A stretch of 35,123 nt of DNA, taken from NCBI GenBank assembly GCA_016839745.1, contig JAEOTS010000037.1, forward strand, positions 1-35,123, read 5' to 3'. Positions within the stretch are counted from its first letter, which is position 1. Every line of letters starts with the position of its first letter. Positions 1 to 11,014 of the stretch are shown one piece after another. A program made the position numbers and the translations under genes. Source of the stretch: Promethearchaeota archaeon (GTDB lineage Archaea > Asgardarchaeota > Lokiarchaeia > Sigyniarchaeales > SOKP01). The notes beneath the pieces are model-generated. The model was not told where the DNA came from and did not search any database. It saw only the letters and a list, made by a program, of their open reading frames with translations.

Positions 1-1
1 T

Positions 2-829
2 GTAAGGTTTTTGAAGAAGTTAAACATCGAGTTAGCTTCATTTAAATATCTTACTACCACTCATCACCATTTTGACCATAACGGAGGGCTATGGCAACTC
101 TATGAGCTGTTAAAGGAACATAATTCAAAAGTTAAAATCGTAACCAACGAGAAGACTAAAGAATTACTCAACGATTACAAAGATCATTTGGCTCGTGGAA
201 AGCGAACGTATGGAAATTTAACTGGAATCATGAAACCAATTGAAGAGAGCGCTTTCAAAATTATCACCCCTAGTACCAACTTTAATAGCAACTCAAATAG
301 ACTTGATTTTATTGATTCCTTTTCAATCGATGGTTCAGAAGTGAAATTTGGAATTTTAAAAACTCCCGGACACACTCCTGATCATCAATGTCCTATTTTT
401 GTTAAAGATGATAACCTTGACTTTATCCATCTTGGAGAAAGCGTTGGAACGATTTACCATTCTTCAGAATTAGTGACAATACCTACATCAATGCCCACTT
501 ATTATAATCACGAGCAATATATGAACACTTTACAAAACCTTAAGAATCTCTCTCCTTCTAAAGCTGGTTTTGGTCATTTTGGAGTCGTTAGTGGTAAAGA
601 AAATTTCCGAACTCTTCTTTTAGAGCACGAGTCTTTCATGAATGAATTTAGAGAAGCGATCATCAAGTTCTATAGTGAGAAACCGGAAACGAGATATGTT
701 TTCGAACATGTAATGCCAATGATAATCCCCAGAACCGATTTATCCTTTGGAAATGATTCAGTCTTTAATGGAATTGCGTTAGGTATAGTCTATGGTATGA
801 TGATGGACTTAGGTTATCGTAAAGATTGA
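2..829 (+). CDS. MBL-fold metallo-hydrolase (5'-truncated by window edge)
   Basis: THHHFDHNGG (HxHxDH), TPGHTPDH and GFGHFG motifs. The frame is open from position 2, so the true start lies upstream of the window. Ends in TGA (827-829). Confidence 0.85.
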   Translation, partial: VRFLKKLNIELASFKYLTTTHHHFDHNGGLWQLYELLKEHNSKVKIVTNEKTKELLNDYKDHLARGKRTYGNLTGIMKPIEESAFKIITPSTNFNSNSNRLDFIDSFSIDGSEVKFGILKTPGHTPDHQCPIFVKDDNLDFIHLGESVGTIYHSSELVTIPTSMPTYYNHEQYMNTLQNLKNLSPSKAGFGHFGVVSGKENFRTLLLEHESFMNEFREAIIKFYSEKPETRYVFEHVMPMIIPRTDLSFGNDSVFNGIALGIVYGMMMDLGYRKD

Positions 830-834
830 TCTTA

Positions 835-1764
835 CTAGTTCATTACTTTATTGACGAAAGTCTCTATAGGATCCTTTATTAATTCAGCTCGCACTGGTTT
901 ATTTATCTCCCAGAGTATCATCTTATCTATGCCCAATTCTTCAAGATTGTCCATCTCTTCCTTCACATCATCTGGAAACCCTATGTATTGAGTACCAAAG
1001 ACATTATATTTTACCATTAATTTATCCATTTCTTGATGGCTGTCTAGTAGAGTTATAGTACTACAATAGGAAATTTCAAATTCAGATATGTCCCTATTGT
1101 ATTTTTTTAGATTTGATTTAACTTTATTGATGTATTCAGGGAGTTTATCAGGTTTTACATCGTTAAAATTAATCCCATCAGCTTCTCGACATGCTATATC
1201 CATCATTCTTTTTCCTGATGTTCCAAGCACTAATTGCGGATAAGGTTTTTGAACAGACTTAGGAAAATTACGATTTTTTTCTAACTTCCAAAATTTACCT
1301 TCAAAATCCGATTTTCTTTCTGTAAAAAGTTTCTTACATATTATTAAAGATTCTTCGAGTTCATCAACCCTCTGTGTGGCAGAAGGGAATGGATATCCAT
1401 ATCCTTTATACTCCGCTTCATGCCATCCTGCTCCAAGCCAAAAAAAAGCTCTTCCATTTGAAATATTGTCTAAAGTACACACCATTTTAGCTAAATAAGC
1501 CGGATTTCGAAAAGAGTTACATAAAACAATATGTCCTAATTTTATTTTCGATGTTTCTACTGCTAATGCTGAAGTTAGCATCATTGCTTCTAAGTGATTA
1601 TCAAGAAGATGATCATTTACATGGGCAGACTCAAAACCTAATCGTTCTACTTTTAATGTCAGATCTCTTATTTCTGGGTAACTTGAAACTGACCTGACAT
1701 GATAACCATATTTCATATTCCTAATAAGATCATTTTCTTTATTAATCCTTTCTGAAATATCCAA
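835..1764 (-). CDS. LLM-class (luciferase-like) flavin/F420-dependent oxidoreductase
   Basis: GFESAHVNDH, LCNSFRNPAYLAKMVCTLDNISNGR, GAGWHEAEYKGYG and PKSVQKPYP are typical of LLM proteins. Alternative start at ATG 1716 (MKYG). Confidence 0.9.
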   Translation of the reverse strand: MDISERINKENDLIRNMKYGYHVRSVSSYPEIRDLTLKVERLGFESAHVNDHLLDNHLEAMMLTSALAVETSKIKLGHIVLCNSFRNPAYLAKMVCTLDNISNGRAFFWLGAGWHEAEYKGYGYPFPSATQRVDELEESLIICKKLFTERKSDFEGKFWKLEKNRNFPKSVQKPYPQLVLGTSGKRMMDIACREADGINFNDVKPDKLPEYINKVKSNLKKYNRDISEFEISYCSTITLLDSHQEMDKLMVKYNVFGTQYIGFPDDVKEEMDNLEELGIDKMILWEINKPVRAELIKDPIETFVNKVMN

Positions 1765-1798
1765 ACTTCTAAATATTTAATCAATTTATTCTTTAATA

Positions 1799-3001
1799 AT
1801 GAGCCTTGGTTCTGATTATTTTGATGTGTGCATTGTTGGTGCTAGTATTGCGGGCAATTATTTGGCGTTTTTATTATCTAACTCAAATCTAAAAATTGCG
1901 GTTCTCGAAGACCATTCAGAAATTGGCCTACCCTTTCAGTGTGCTGGAATCATTTCCCAAAAATTAACCCAATTAATTGAACTACCAAAAGATATTATAC
2001 TTAATCGGGTCAAAACCGCGAAAATCGTCAGCTCAACTGGTAAATATATAAAACTTTCAGGGGACGAACACCCTTATATCATCGATAGAATTGCTCTCGA
2101 TCGTTTGTACTACCATAGGGTCGAAAATAATAGAAATATCACTTATTATCTAGGTGAAAAGTATAAATCATTTGAATACCGCAGCGATAACGATAAAGAA
2201 TACGTACTTATTGAAACATCAAAGCGAAATATCCAAACTAGGATGCTCATTGGCTGTGACGGTCCTCTATCCTCAGTAGGCAAACAATTGAATGTGAAAA
2301 ATAACGTACTTTACGCTTCCCAAATTAGAATTAAGGCAGATTTTGACGAAGACGAAGCAGCTATGTACTTTGACCCACGATGGAAGCAGTTGTTTGGATG
2401 GATTGTGCCCGAAGGTAATCGCATCTTTCGTATTGGTATCGCTGCTAGTAAAAATGTGAATAATTGTTTCAAGCGCTACATAGAAAAATTGGCCATCGAT
2501 ATAGATAACAAAATAGACCAGCAGGGAGGGATTATTCCTTACGGAATTATGAATAAAATCTCTTTTGATAATATTATGTTATTAGGAGACTCAGCTTGTC
2601 AAGTTAAGGCAACAACGGGGGGAGGTATTATCATGCTGCTGACCGCTGCGAAGTACGCTTCCAATTGCGTCAATCTCTGCTTTAAAAATGAAGATTTTTC
2701 AAAAGAATTCATTAAAAAACATTATGAAAAGCCTTGCTCGACAACAATTGGTAGAGAATTGAAGCTTCATTACTTCATTCGACTTATTTTAGAGAAGTTT
2801 AAGGCTAAAGATTTTGAAACCTTCTTTACAATAATAAAAGAGAATAGAATTGAGCATTTAATAACTTTATACGGAGACATGGATTTTCCAAAAGCATTAA
2901 TAATTAAACTACTACGAAAACGAACTGTGTTAAATTTTATACTAAAATTTCTTGTAAGAAATCCAACAATAATCTTTAAAATCTTAAAATTATTTTTCTA
3001 A
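1799..3001 (+). CDS. Geranylgeranyl reductase family FAD-dependent oxidoreductase (archaeal lipid DGGGPL reductase-like)
   Basis: DVCIVGASIAG FAD motif, IGLPFQCAG, GCDG, FGWIVP and LLGDSACQVKATTGGGI. Confidence 0.85.
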   Translation: MSLGSDYFDVCIVGASIAGNYLAFLLSNSNLKIAVLEDHSEIGLPFQCAGIISQKLTQLIELPKDIILNRVKTAKIVSSTGKYIKLSGDEHPYIIDRIALDRLYYHRVENNRNITYYLGEKYKSFEYRSDNDKEYVLIETSKRNIQTRMLIGCDGPLSSVGKQLNVKNNVLYASQIRIKADFDEDEAAMYFDPRWKQLFGWIVPEGNRIFRIGIAASKNVNNCFKRYIEKLAIDIDNKIDQQGGIIPYGIMNKISFDNIMLLGDSACQVKATTGGGIIMLLTAAKYASNCVNLCFKNEDFSKEFIKKHYEKPCSTTIGRELKLHYFIRLILEKFKAKDFETFFTIIKENRIEHLITLYGDMDFPKALIIKLLRKRTVLNFILKFLVRNPTIIFKILKLFF

Positions 3002-3049
3002 AACCAATATCTAAGTTTCTTTTGTTATATAAAAACATGTGAAAATAAA

Positions 3050-4225
3050 ATGGATTGTAGAGAAAGAGTTTTAGCCGCACTGGGTTTAGAAGAACCAGAT
3101 AGAGTTCCTTGTCACGCCATTCTAATTGACGCTAACAATGTAGATATAATACTAGGGAAACCTAAAATCACTGATTTTGACACTATAGAGCAGTTACAGC
3201 GAGATAATCCAGAGGGGTGGGCAGGAGAGTTAACTAACCTTATAGAAGGTATAGAAACAAGTGTATTTTCACGGTGTACGGAAGCCGCTGCTGCAATTGG
3301 GCTTGATTGTATGCAGGTGGGGATATTACCTTTTTATATTTATGAAGATCCAAACGATCCTCGACTGCTTATGAAAGATATTTTTGGACGCGTATGGGAA
3401 GCTCGAAATAACGAAGGGAATATCAACCCTTATTACTTATATGGGACAATGAATTCGCCTGAGAAATGGAAAGAGACTAGAGAGAACATTGAGGGACCTA
3501 TGACGGAGAAATATACCAAGATGGCTAAAAAATTCTTCCGCCGGATAAACAAGAAACACAAAGATAAAATATTTGTAGCCGTAACCAATGACTTAGCTGG
3601 CGTATTTGAAAGCGCTTCCCAAGGTATGGGTATGACTTATTTTTCTCGGATGCTTCACAAAAATCCTCGTTTTATTAAGGAAGTTCACGAAGTAATAGCA
3701 GAATTTACAGCTGCTTGTTATGACGCTTATATAGATGCAGGTGCCGAATTATTTATAGAATCTGGTGACTTAGCTTACAAAACTGGTCCAATGATGAGTC
3801 CAAAAAAGTTTACTGAGGTATTATTGCCCGCTTATAAAATAATTACTAATACTGTGCACGAACGAGGGAAAAAAATAGTATTGCATACTGACGGTCAAAT
3901 TACACCGTTGTTAGACTTCGTAATAAATTGTGGTTTCGATGGTTTGCATAGTCTGGAACCCACGGCTGGTGTTGATTTAGCTCTCGTGAAGAAGAAAGTC
4001 GGTGATAAATTATGCCTTATGGGGAATATTGATATTGCTCACGATCTTACCTATGGAACTCGAGATGAAGTATTTGATGGTGTAAAATACGCAATCAAAA
4101 CGGCCGGTCCCGGGGGAGGTTACATAGTAAGCGCTGCTAACATGCATCCAACGGTAAAGGTGGATAATTTACGGTGGATGGTAGAAGCCACAAAAGAGTT
4201 TGGAAATTACCCGATAAATCTGTGA
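3050..4225 (+). CDS. Uroporphyrinogen decarboxylase/MtaA-family protein (methylcobamide methyltransferase-like)
   Basis: RERVLAALGLEEPDRVP N-terminus, DLAYKTGPMMSP, VLHTDG, LCLMGNID and GGGYIVS. Ends TGA followed by TAA. Confidence 0.88.
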   Translation: MDCRERVLAALGLEEPDRVPCHAILIDANNVDIILGKPKITDFDTIEQLQRDNPEGWAGELTNLIEGIETSVFSRCTEAAAAIGLDCMQVGILPFYIYEDPNDPRLLMKDIFGRVWEARNNEGNINPYYLYGTMNSPEKWKETRENIEGPMTEKYTKMAKKFFRRINKKHKDKIFVAVTNDLAGVFESASQGMGMTYFSRMLHKNPRFIKEVHEVIAEFTAACYDAYIDAGAELFIESGDLAYKTGPMMSPKKFTEVLLPAYKIITNTVHERGKKIVLHTDGQITPLLDFVINCGFDGLHSLEPTAGVDLALVKKKVGDKLCLMGNIDIAHDLTYGTRDEVFDGVKYAIKTAGPGGGYIVSAANMHPTVKVDNLRWMVEATKEFGNYPINL

Positions 4226-4269
4226 TAATTCTCATTTTAAAATTGAATTTCTAAGTCTTCATCTTCCAT

Positions 4270-4635
4270 TTAAGGCGGTATCATTGAGAAAAACGCGATT
4301 TTGTTAAAAAGTATATACCATACAATCATGTAAGCAATAACAAGAATAGTAGATACAAAACCAAAACGATAAACTCCTTTTGGGATGCCTGAATCCTCGT
4401 TTTTTCTCTGAACGATTGCACGAATCGTGGCTACAATATATATTAAAGTAATGATTAAAGCGACGATCCATAAAAATAATACAAATAATAAAAGAGTATA
4501 GATTGGTTCGCCATCAAATCTCAGCGTATTTAACCATGCCCAATAGTTAACTATTAAGTGAGTCGGAATTGAACTGTAAATCGCCGCAGTGAGCAAAAAA
4601 ACAAATGACCACACGAATCCTCTAAAAGACGACAT
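4270..4635 (-). CDS. Small membrane protein (about 3 TM), unknown function
   Basis: 121-aa ORF with three hydrophobic segments filling the gap between neighbouring genes. Confidence 0.7.
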   Translation of the reverse strand: MSSFRGFVWSFVFLLTAAIYSSIPTHLIVNYWAWLNTLRFDGEPIYTLLLFVLFLWIVALIITLIYIVATIRAIVQRKNEDSGIPKGVYRFGFVSTILVIAYMIVWYILFNKIAFFSMIPP

Positions 4636-4734
4636 CTATCTCAATAAGGAATTATTTGCTTAGTACAAATATATTTACAATAATTTATAAGATTTTTAGC
4701 TTCTTAAGAAAAAAAAAAAAGTTATAACTAAATC

Positions 4735-6450
4735 TTAAAATAATAATCTCGCTATAAATGAAAACCCACTTTGTGGTGTGGACATGGTAACTATAAGAAA
4801 GGTCAATAATAGCGCATTTATTATGGCTCCAACAATAATATTTCCCGTTTTTCTGTAGGCTACTATAGAAATCCCTGAAGTTAAAGTAAACATTAGTATT
4901 GAAATAGGAATAAAGGTTCCAAAGTAAAACAAGCTTCTCATGAGAACGGCGACCAGTAACAAATAAACCATGAAATATAAAAGTGGATAAATAGTGCCTA
5001 AAATGAGTACTTTAAAATTATTTTTGATGGAATCGGTGAATTTGTTTTGAATTATCACTTGAGTCAACAGATTCAGAATTAGAATTACAAAAAAACTAAT
5101 AACGAAGTAAATAGGTATCGTCCAAATTTTAGTTATCGAAGGAACAAATCCTAGATAGTTTAAACCAATTGATGCATACACAATTAAGTAAAGCATAATT
5201 GCTAAAACTAACCCTAATAGTAATTGTCTAAGAAAAGCATTTCTTCCCTTAAATGGCTCTATTAGTATCTTTTTGAAAGATAAACTGGTTTTCTTTCCTA
5301 TTCTCCAGAGTAAAATCATCAATCCAAAGGCTTGACCAAATAATAAAGTTACTACAAAAGCAGCGATTGCTAATGGCAATATTAGTAATAGGGGTATAAA
5401 TATAATTACGCCGGGAATACCGAGCACGATTGGATATAATATCGCTTTCATCGAAATACTTTTTATAGACATATCAGGCGTGTCGATGGTATAATATTGA
5501 AGTTCCTTATCCCTATCGCTTTTTGCTTTTAGAATTAATTTAGACAAAGGATCGATGGTTAAAAAGAAAAATCCAATCCCTCCAATCACTTGTATCAATA
5601 AAATTAACCCTCTTATTTTCACATAGTAAGTCTCATCTACGACGTCAATATCAAAGGAATTTATGGCCCAGTCTCTTGCTTCACGAATAAAATCCTCGTC
5701 CCAGGCAACTGTGAGGTGATTACTGTTATCATCTAAATAAATCATAGAAGCGTTTCCTTGTTGAAACGATCCGTACAATTTGTTTGTATCTACATTCGAA
5801 ACCGGGATTCCGACTCTAACTGCTAAACTTGCTTTAAGGTATGGTAGCTTAGCAACTTCGTCGAACAACGCTTGAATCATGAGCACATTTAATGGCTCAG
5901 CCATTGTACCAGTTCTAAGGCTGGAATTTAACCCAGTGCCAATTCCTATAAAACACTTAAATGATAGATCATCTTGAATAAGATATTGTCCTAATCCACC
6001 CATACTATACCCAATATAACCCAAGGCGTTCATGTCTATATCACCCCTAAGACTAAGTTCCTCTTTAATCGCAATTATATCTTTTGTTTTATTATCTGGT
6101 TCTACCATAGTGCTTTGTCCATGTCCTCTGAAATCGAATGGTACGGTAACAAATCCTGCTGCTGCTAACTCTAACGCGTACCCTTTTAACATTTCTTTGT
6201 TGACCATAACCCCATGTCCAATTATAATAGCTGGTTTGTTAAGTCCACCACTTACCGGTTCAAAAATGTTATAAGAAATAGTGACGCCATCACTCGTCTC
6301 AGTTGATAATCCATAAGTACTTTTTACGCTAAGGGGTGTTATAAAAATGAAAACCGTTCCAAGCGTAAAAATAGCGAGAAAAATGCATATAAATACGATT
6401 CTTTTTTTTGTTAGATTTAATGTATTCATAGTTCTATATTTAAATTCCAA
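4735..6450 (-). CDS. Membrane-anchored alpha/beta hydrolase with C-terminal multi-TM domain
   Basis: N-terminal TM, IIGHG, FDFRGHGQS and GYSMGG nucleophile elbow, then about 8 TM helices. Alternative start ATG 6429. Confidence 0.85.
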   Translation of the reverse strand: MEFKYRTMNTLNLTKKRIVFICIFLAIFTLGTVFIFITPLSVKSTYGLSTETSDGVTISYNIFEPVSGGLNKPAIIIGHGVMVNKEMLKGYALELAAAGFVTVPFDFRGHGQSTMVEPDNKTKDIIAIKEELSLRGDIDMNALGYIGYSMGGLGQYLIQDDLSFKCFIGIGTGLNSSLRTGTMAEPLNVLMIQALFDEVAKLPYLKASLAVRVGIPVSNVDTNKLYGSFQQGNASMIYLDDNSNHLTVAWDEDFIREARDWAINSFDIDVVDETYYVKIRGLILLIQVIGGIGFFFLTIDPLSKLILKAKSDRDKELQYYTIDTPDMSIKSISMKAILYPIVLGIPGVIIFIPLLLILPLAIAAFVVTLLFGQAFGLMILLWRIGKKTSLSFKKILIEPFKGRNAFLRQLLLGLVLAIMLYLIVYASIGLNYLGFVPSITKIWTIPIYFVISFFVILILNLLTQVIIQNKFTDSIKNNFKVLILGTIYPLLYFMVYLLLVAVLMRSLFYFGTFIPISILMFTLTSGISIVAYRKTGNIIVGAIINALLLTFLIVTMSTPQSGFSFIARLLF

Positions 6451-6615
6451 ATTATATAAAAACTCTTTTTTATCACATTAATATTCTAGAAGTTTCTTGC
6501 TAATCTTTGTTTTAATCTAGTAAATTCCACGTAGAATCCTCAATAAATTATTAATGAAATGTTTTTATCCTTCAGATAACTTCTTGACATAATAAAATAC
6601 TTATATTGATAGAAA

Positions 6616-7926
6616 ATGTCGACTGAAGAAAAAGTTAGAAATCGATGGATTGTAGTAATAGGAGCAATATTAATTCAATTGGCTTTAGGGACGATTTATT
6701 CCTGGGGAACCATGACGGTATTTGTAAGTCCATATTTGAATTTAACTATGAATTTAGATCCAATCATCGTTAGAGAAGTTACGGTGTATATTTTCGGAGT
6801 TGGATTATTATCCTTTGCAATTACGATGATTTTTGCGGGTAAACTACAACAGAAGTACGGTCCTAAAAAAATTGCGATTTTGGGAGGGATATTAATTGGA
6901 ATCGGCTTAATTTTATCCGCATTTATGACTACTTTTATAGGCCTTTTAATTACTTATGGAATTATCTTTGGAGCAGGTATTGGGTTTGGTTATGTGTGTC
7001 CAATCGCTTCAGCGGGTAAATGGTTTCCAGATAAAAAAGGATTTATTAATGGAATTGCTGTTGCAGGGTTTGGTGCTGGTGCTTTCGTTTTTAATTACAT
7101 AATACAAGCATTAGCTAATCCAACAGGGTTATCAGACAAAGCTCCAAATTTTGTTGATGTAATTTCGCCGAATATTCCATTAATGTTCGTAATTTTAGGA
7201 ATTATTTATCTCGTTCTTGTTATAGGAGGAGCAATGACACTGAGCAATCCACCCGAGGGATGGAAACCTGATGGATGGACACCTCCTCCTCCTTCGGAAG
7301 AAAGTGGAATATCGGGTCTGGAGTTCGAACGAGCTAAAACAGTAAAATTACCCCAATTTTGGATGCTTTGGACGGCTTTCGCATTAAGTGCTATGTCCGG
7401 TTTAATGGTTATAGGATCATTTTCTGCATTTGCCAAAACCTATGCAGCCCCTGATGTATTCTTATATGTAATTGGTACCAGTGATTTCGTGTTAATTGGA
7501 AGTTTAGCAGCTCTATTCAACGGATTAGGCAGAATAGTTTGGGGGAAATTAGCAGATATGATAACCTATAAAAAATCTATGTTGTTAATGTTCACAACTC
7601 AAGCAATCCTTATGTTTATCTACTTCACAACAAATGGTAGCGAAATATATTTCTTAATCATAACTTGTGCAATCTTCTTCTGTTTTGGAGGTAATTTCAG
7701 CTTATTTCCAACGGCCACAGCTGATCTATTTGGATCAAAAAATTTAGGTCCAAACTATGGAATTGTTTTTACGGCTTACGGCGTAGCAGGATTTATTGGT
7801 GCTGTTGGTGTAAACTTATTTGTTAGCATTTTTGGAAGTTATCTGATACTATTTATAGTAATGGGAACTATGTCTGTCGGTTCAGCAATTTTAACTTTTA
7901 TAATAAAACCACCAAAACAAAGATAA
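6616..7926 (+). CDS. MFS transporter, oxalate:formate antiporter (OFA) family
   Basis: About 12 TM; LALGTIYSW, KWFPDKKGFINGIAVAGFG, NGLGRIVWGKLAD and FGSKNLGPNYG. Confidence 0.9.
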   Translation: MSTEEKVRNRWIVVIGAILIQLALGTIYSWGTMTVFVSPYLNLTMNLDPIIVREVTVYIFGVGLLSFAITMIFAGKLQQKYGPKKIAILGGILIGIGLILSAFMTTFIGLLITYGIIFGAGIGFGYVCPIASAGKWFPDKKGFINGIAVAGFGAGAFVFNYIIQALANPTGLSDKAPNFVDVISPNIPLMFVILGIIYLVLVIGGAMTLSNPPEGWKPDGWTPPPPSEESGISGLEFERAKTVKLPQFWMLWTAFALSAMSGLMVIGSFSAFAKTYAAPDVFLYVIGTSDFVLIGSLAALFNGLGRIVWGKLADMITYKKSMLLMFTTQAILMFIYFTTNGSEIYFLIITCAIFFCFGGNFSLFPTATADLFGSKNLGPNYGIVFTAYGVAGFIGAVGVNLFVSIFGSYLILFIVMGTMSVGSAILTFIIKPPKQR

Positions 7927-7958
7927 AAATTAAAATTTTTTTTAATTTTCTTTTTTCC
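7927..7958. terminator. Putative archaeal oligo-T terminator region between convergent genes
   Basis: T-runs directly after the MFS stop codon (tttttttt, tttt, tttttt). Confidence 0.4.
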
Positions 7959-9026
7959 TTAGATATTAGCTTTATTTCGTAAGAACGCGTTAATAATTTG
8001 AACCGTATTAAGGATGTCATCTAATTTTAGTAGTGACGTTGGAGAATGAATATATCTACAGGGCACAGAAACCACAGAACTGGGCACGCCTTCACGAGAA
8101 ATATGAATATAACCCGCGTCGGTCAATCCATACATGGGTTTCTTAAACTGATACGGAATTTTATCAAGCTCCGCGTTTTTAACAATTCTTTCGTTAACTC
8201 TCTTGCTAGATATCATAGATTTGTCCGCGATTGTAATTGCGGGGCCTCTTCCTATATATACGGGGATCTCTGCTTCTTTAATGCCGGGAACATCGGCAGC
8301 TGTGGTATTTTCTATAGCAAGGGCAATTGTCGGTTCAAGTTTAAAAGCTCCAGTGATCGCACCCCTCCTTCCTATTTCTTCTTGAACTGCAAAATTAAAT
8401 AATACTGTATCTTTAAAAGCCGAATTTTCTTTGAGTAGCCTTAAAATCTGAATGAGCACGTTACAACCCGTGCGATCGTCGAAAGCCTTACCACGAACCA
8501 TGTTATTTGGAAATTCCATAAACGGAGAAAAGAGAGTGCCAGTTGTTCCTATGACTATATTATTGTTCGTAACCTCCTCAATTGAATTCATTCCTATATC
8601 GATATACATATTAGGGATTTCTACAAGTTTCTTTCTTTCGTTTATAGATGTGAGATGCGGAGGTTTTGAACCAATTATACCGTGAAATTTTTCTCCTACT
8701 TGGGAGCGTATCACTACAGATTGACCTAATAATATCCTTTGATCCCAACCTCCAACAGGAACAAATCTTAAAAATCCATTCTTCTCGATATGAGAAACCA
8801 TAAATCCGATTTCATCTGTGTGAGCATCTAACAAAATTTTATTTTTCCCATCTGTCCCCTTTTTTATCACAAGAACATTCCCTAGAGGGTCAATCCAAGC
8901 CTTATCAGCGAGATTCTCTTTTTCAATTAATTTCAAAATGAAGTTGCTAACATCATCCTCATGACCAGAAACTCCAATAAGAGTAGATAATTCTTCTTGT
9001 AGAGATCGAATGCTTTTAATATCCAT
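7959..9026 (-). CDS. M42 family (TET-like) metallo-aminopeptidase
   Basis: DAHTDEIG, GKAFDDRTG, VQEEIG, TDAG and PCRYIHSP. Confidence 0.92.
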   Translation of the reverse strand: MDIKSIRSLQEELSTLIGVSGHEDDVSNFILKLIEKENLADKAWIDPLGNVLVIKKGTDGKNKILLDAHTDEIGFMVSHIEKNGFLRFVPVGGWDQRILLGQSVVIRSQVGEKFHGIIGSKPPHLTSINERKKLVEIPNMYIDIGMNSIEEVTNNNIVIGTTGTLFSPFMEFPNNMVRGKAFDDRTGCNVLIQILRLLKENSAFKDTVLFNFAVQEEIGRRGAITGAFKLEPTIALAIENTTAADVPGIKEAEIPVYIGRGPAITIADKSMISSKRVNERIVKNAELDKIPYQFKKPMYGLTDAGYIHISREGVPSSVVSVPCRYIHSPTSLLKLDDILNTVQIINAFLRNKANI

Positions 9027-9191
9027 AATAACACTTGTTTTTCATTTGAAATAATAACAATAAGTAATAATTTGAGGTATCTAAAATAAAATTAATGATT
9101 CCTTTATCGGTCCAAATAATCTGAGGGCAAATAAGAAAATAGAAAAGATTTATAATGGTTTAATAATGAAGTAAAAATTTTGTTAACGTAA

Positions 9192-10889
9192 CTATCCTTT
9201 TCGCTTTTTTAATTCATTGATTGCTTTTTCTGCTAATAGAAGTGCGTCAGTATACTGGGATTTATATTTTTTTACTTGGGCGTCTAATTCGATTGCTCTG
9301 TTTTGAAGCTCGATAATCATTTCACTACTCCCCTCTCCTGAAGAAAAAGCTGAGTCTGGATTTTCCATAGTTTCTTTAAGATAATTATATTTTTCCCTCC
9401 ACACTTTTAATTCCGTTTGTAGGTCTTCGATGGCATCATCACCAGTAATATTATCCATTGATAACGGAACTCCCTCTCCTTCCTCAATATCCATAATCCT
9501 CCCTTTTAGCATTTCTATTTCGTCTTCCAACTCCTTTATTCTAACTTTTAAAAAAGCAATCTGGTCTAAGTATTCTGCTGATGTTTTTGGAGCTGTTATT
9601 TCTTCAAAAATAGTTTTTCCCGTTTCTAATTCGTTAGCACTTTTTTCTCCTAGAATCTTTTGCTTACGCTTTTGTAGTTCTTCTACAGTATGTTCTGAAA
9701 GGTAGTCAAGTGGATTAAAACCTATTCCACCATGAGCAGTTGTCCTTTTACGTATTTTTACAAACAGAGGTATTCCTTTAATTGCTTCCCCACATAAGAT
9801 TGATTCACCTTTATCTAACCCTTGAATATCTGTTTTGTTGCTCCGAGTTAAATCCTCTGCGCTTGAAATGGTAACGTCAATATCTCGAATATCGGTTAAG
9901 TTATGGACAACCCAACTTCCTGCTTGTGCTCGTATAGTTGTGTCCAGTAACTGAGGCCTTTGGGTGCCGATGATTAAATTAGCACCGAACTTGCGTCCCT
10001 CTTGTGAAAATAATTTTACAATTTCACATGTCTCGGTTTGTTTCTTTCCGGCAAATAAATGAGCTTCGTCAAGCAATAAGTAAAACGGAGCAATTCTTCT
10101 ACCTGTACTAGCCTGATATAACTTCTTCAGAAGCTTCCCCGCAATCATTTCTTGTACGTTTAAATCCATACCTCTCATGTTTACAATGGAACATAAATTT
10201 GGAGCAACGATATCGGTAGCGTCCAGCGAAAACAAATATTCTACATCGATATCGCCTCCTTTATTTACGCTTAAATCAGAGTATTCTATAATACTACTCA
10301 CAAATTCGCTTTCTTCTTTAACTCCTTCAGCTCCTTCATCTTCTCCCGCTTTTACTTTTAGACTCCCGTATTCGCCATGTCTGTCAAGGATTACAAGAGG
10401 AATACCCTTTTTCATGAATTCTTCGCAGAGCACGCCCATCGTGTAACTCTTTCCTGATCCGGATTTTCCGGTAATAAAAATCCTCCCAAAGTTCTTAACT
10501 AATAAATTCACATCGAATTCATAACCAATTAATTTTCCAATAGAAACAGATTCTTCAGGTGGATTGGATATTCCTAATAACGTGGTAATTTGGAGTTCAC
10601 TTGCTCGATAAACTTCCGATCCTATATCAAACGGTCTTTTTGGCCTCTCTCCACAAACTTGTAGGTCTGCAAGCATTCCTTTCGCTTCGCTCCACATCGA
10701 TTTAATGTTTAACATGTAGTTTGCCCTCTGCCCTTCCTCGTCCTTTTCTCCGTAGATTACAAAATATGCATTTCGTTCTATTGTAGGGTCAGAAAATTGA
10801 ACTTGAACTGTGTGAGTAGTAGTTTTTCCAATTAAATTTCCTACCTTATCTGTCTTTACTTGCTTATCATAATTTTCTTCATCTGACAT
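9192..10889 (-). CDS. HerA/DUF87-family P-loop ATPase with C-terminal coiled coil
   Basis: Walker A GKSGSGKS, ILDRHGEY, Walker B LLLDEAH, EGRKFG and TQRP; the last ~130 aa are acidic and heptad-rich. Confidence 0.85.
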   Translation of the reverse strand: MSDEENYDKQVKTDKVGNLIGKTTTHTVQVQFSDPTIERNAYFVIYGEKDEEGQRANYMLNIKSMWSEAKGMLADLQVCGERPKRPFDIGSEVYRASELQITTLLGISNPPEESVSIGKLIGYEFDVNLLVKNFGRIFITGKSGSGKSYTMGVLCEEFMKKGIPLVILDRHGEYGSLKVKAGEDEGAEGVKEESEFVSSIIEYSDLSVNKGGDIDVEYLFSLDATDIVAPNLCSIVNMRGMDLNVQEMIAGKLLKKLYQASTGRRIAPFYLLLDEAHLFAGKKQTETCEIVKLFSQEGRKFGANLIIGTQRPQLLDTTIRAQAGSWVVHNLTDIRDIDVTISSAEDLTRSNKTDIQGLDKGESILCGEAIKGIPLFVKIRKRTTAHGGIGFNPLDYLSEHTVEELQKRKQKILGEKSANELETGKTIFEEITAPKTSAEYLDQIAFLKVRIKELEDEIEMLKGRIMDIEEGEGVPLSMDNITGDDAIEDLQTELKVWREKYNYLKETMENPDSAFSSGEGSSEMIIELQNRAIELDAQVKKYKSQYTDALLLAEKAINELKKRKG

Positions 10890-11014
10890 AATAACTCACA
10901 TTAATTATGGTATATTTTAGTATTATATGTAAATTCTCATATATTAATAATATTGAACTATGTATTTCAATTAAATAAGCATATATAAATATTCATAAAT
11001 CCAATTATTATTCT

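Noticed and set aside
4223-4228. C-terminal Sec in the UroD-like gene (TGA followed by TAA)
   Set aside because: No Cys/redox context and no SECIS-like hairpin downstream; a simple tandem stop.
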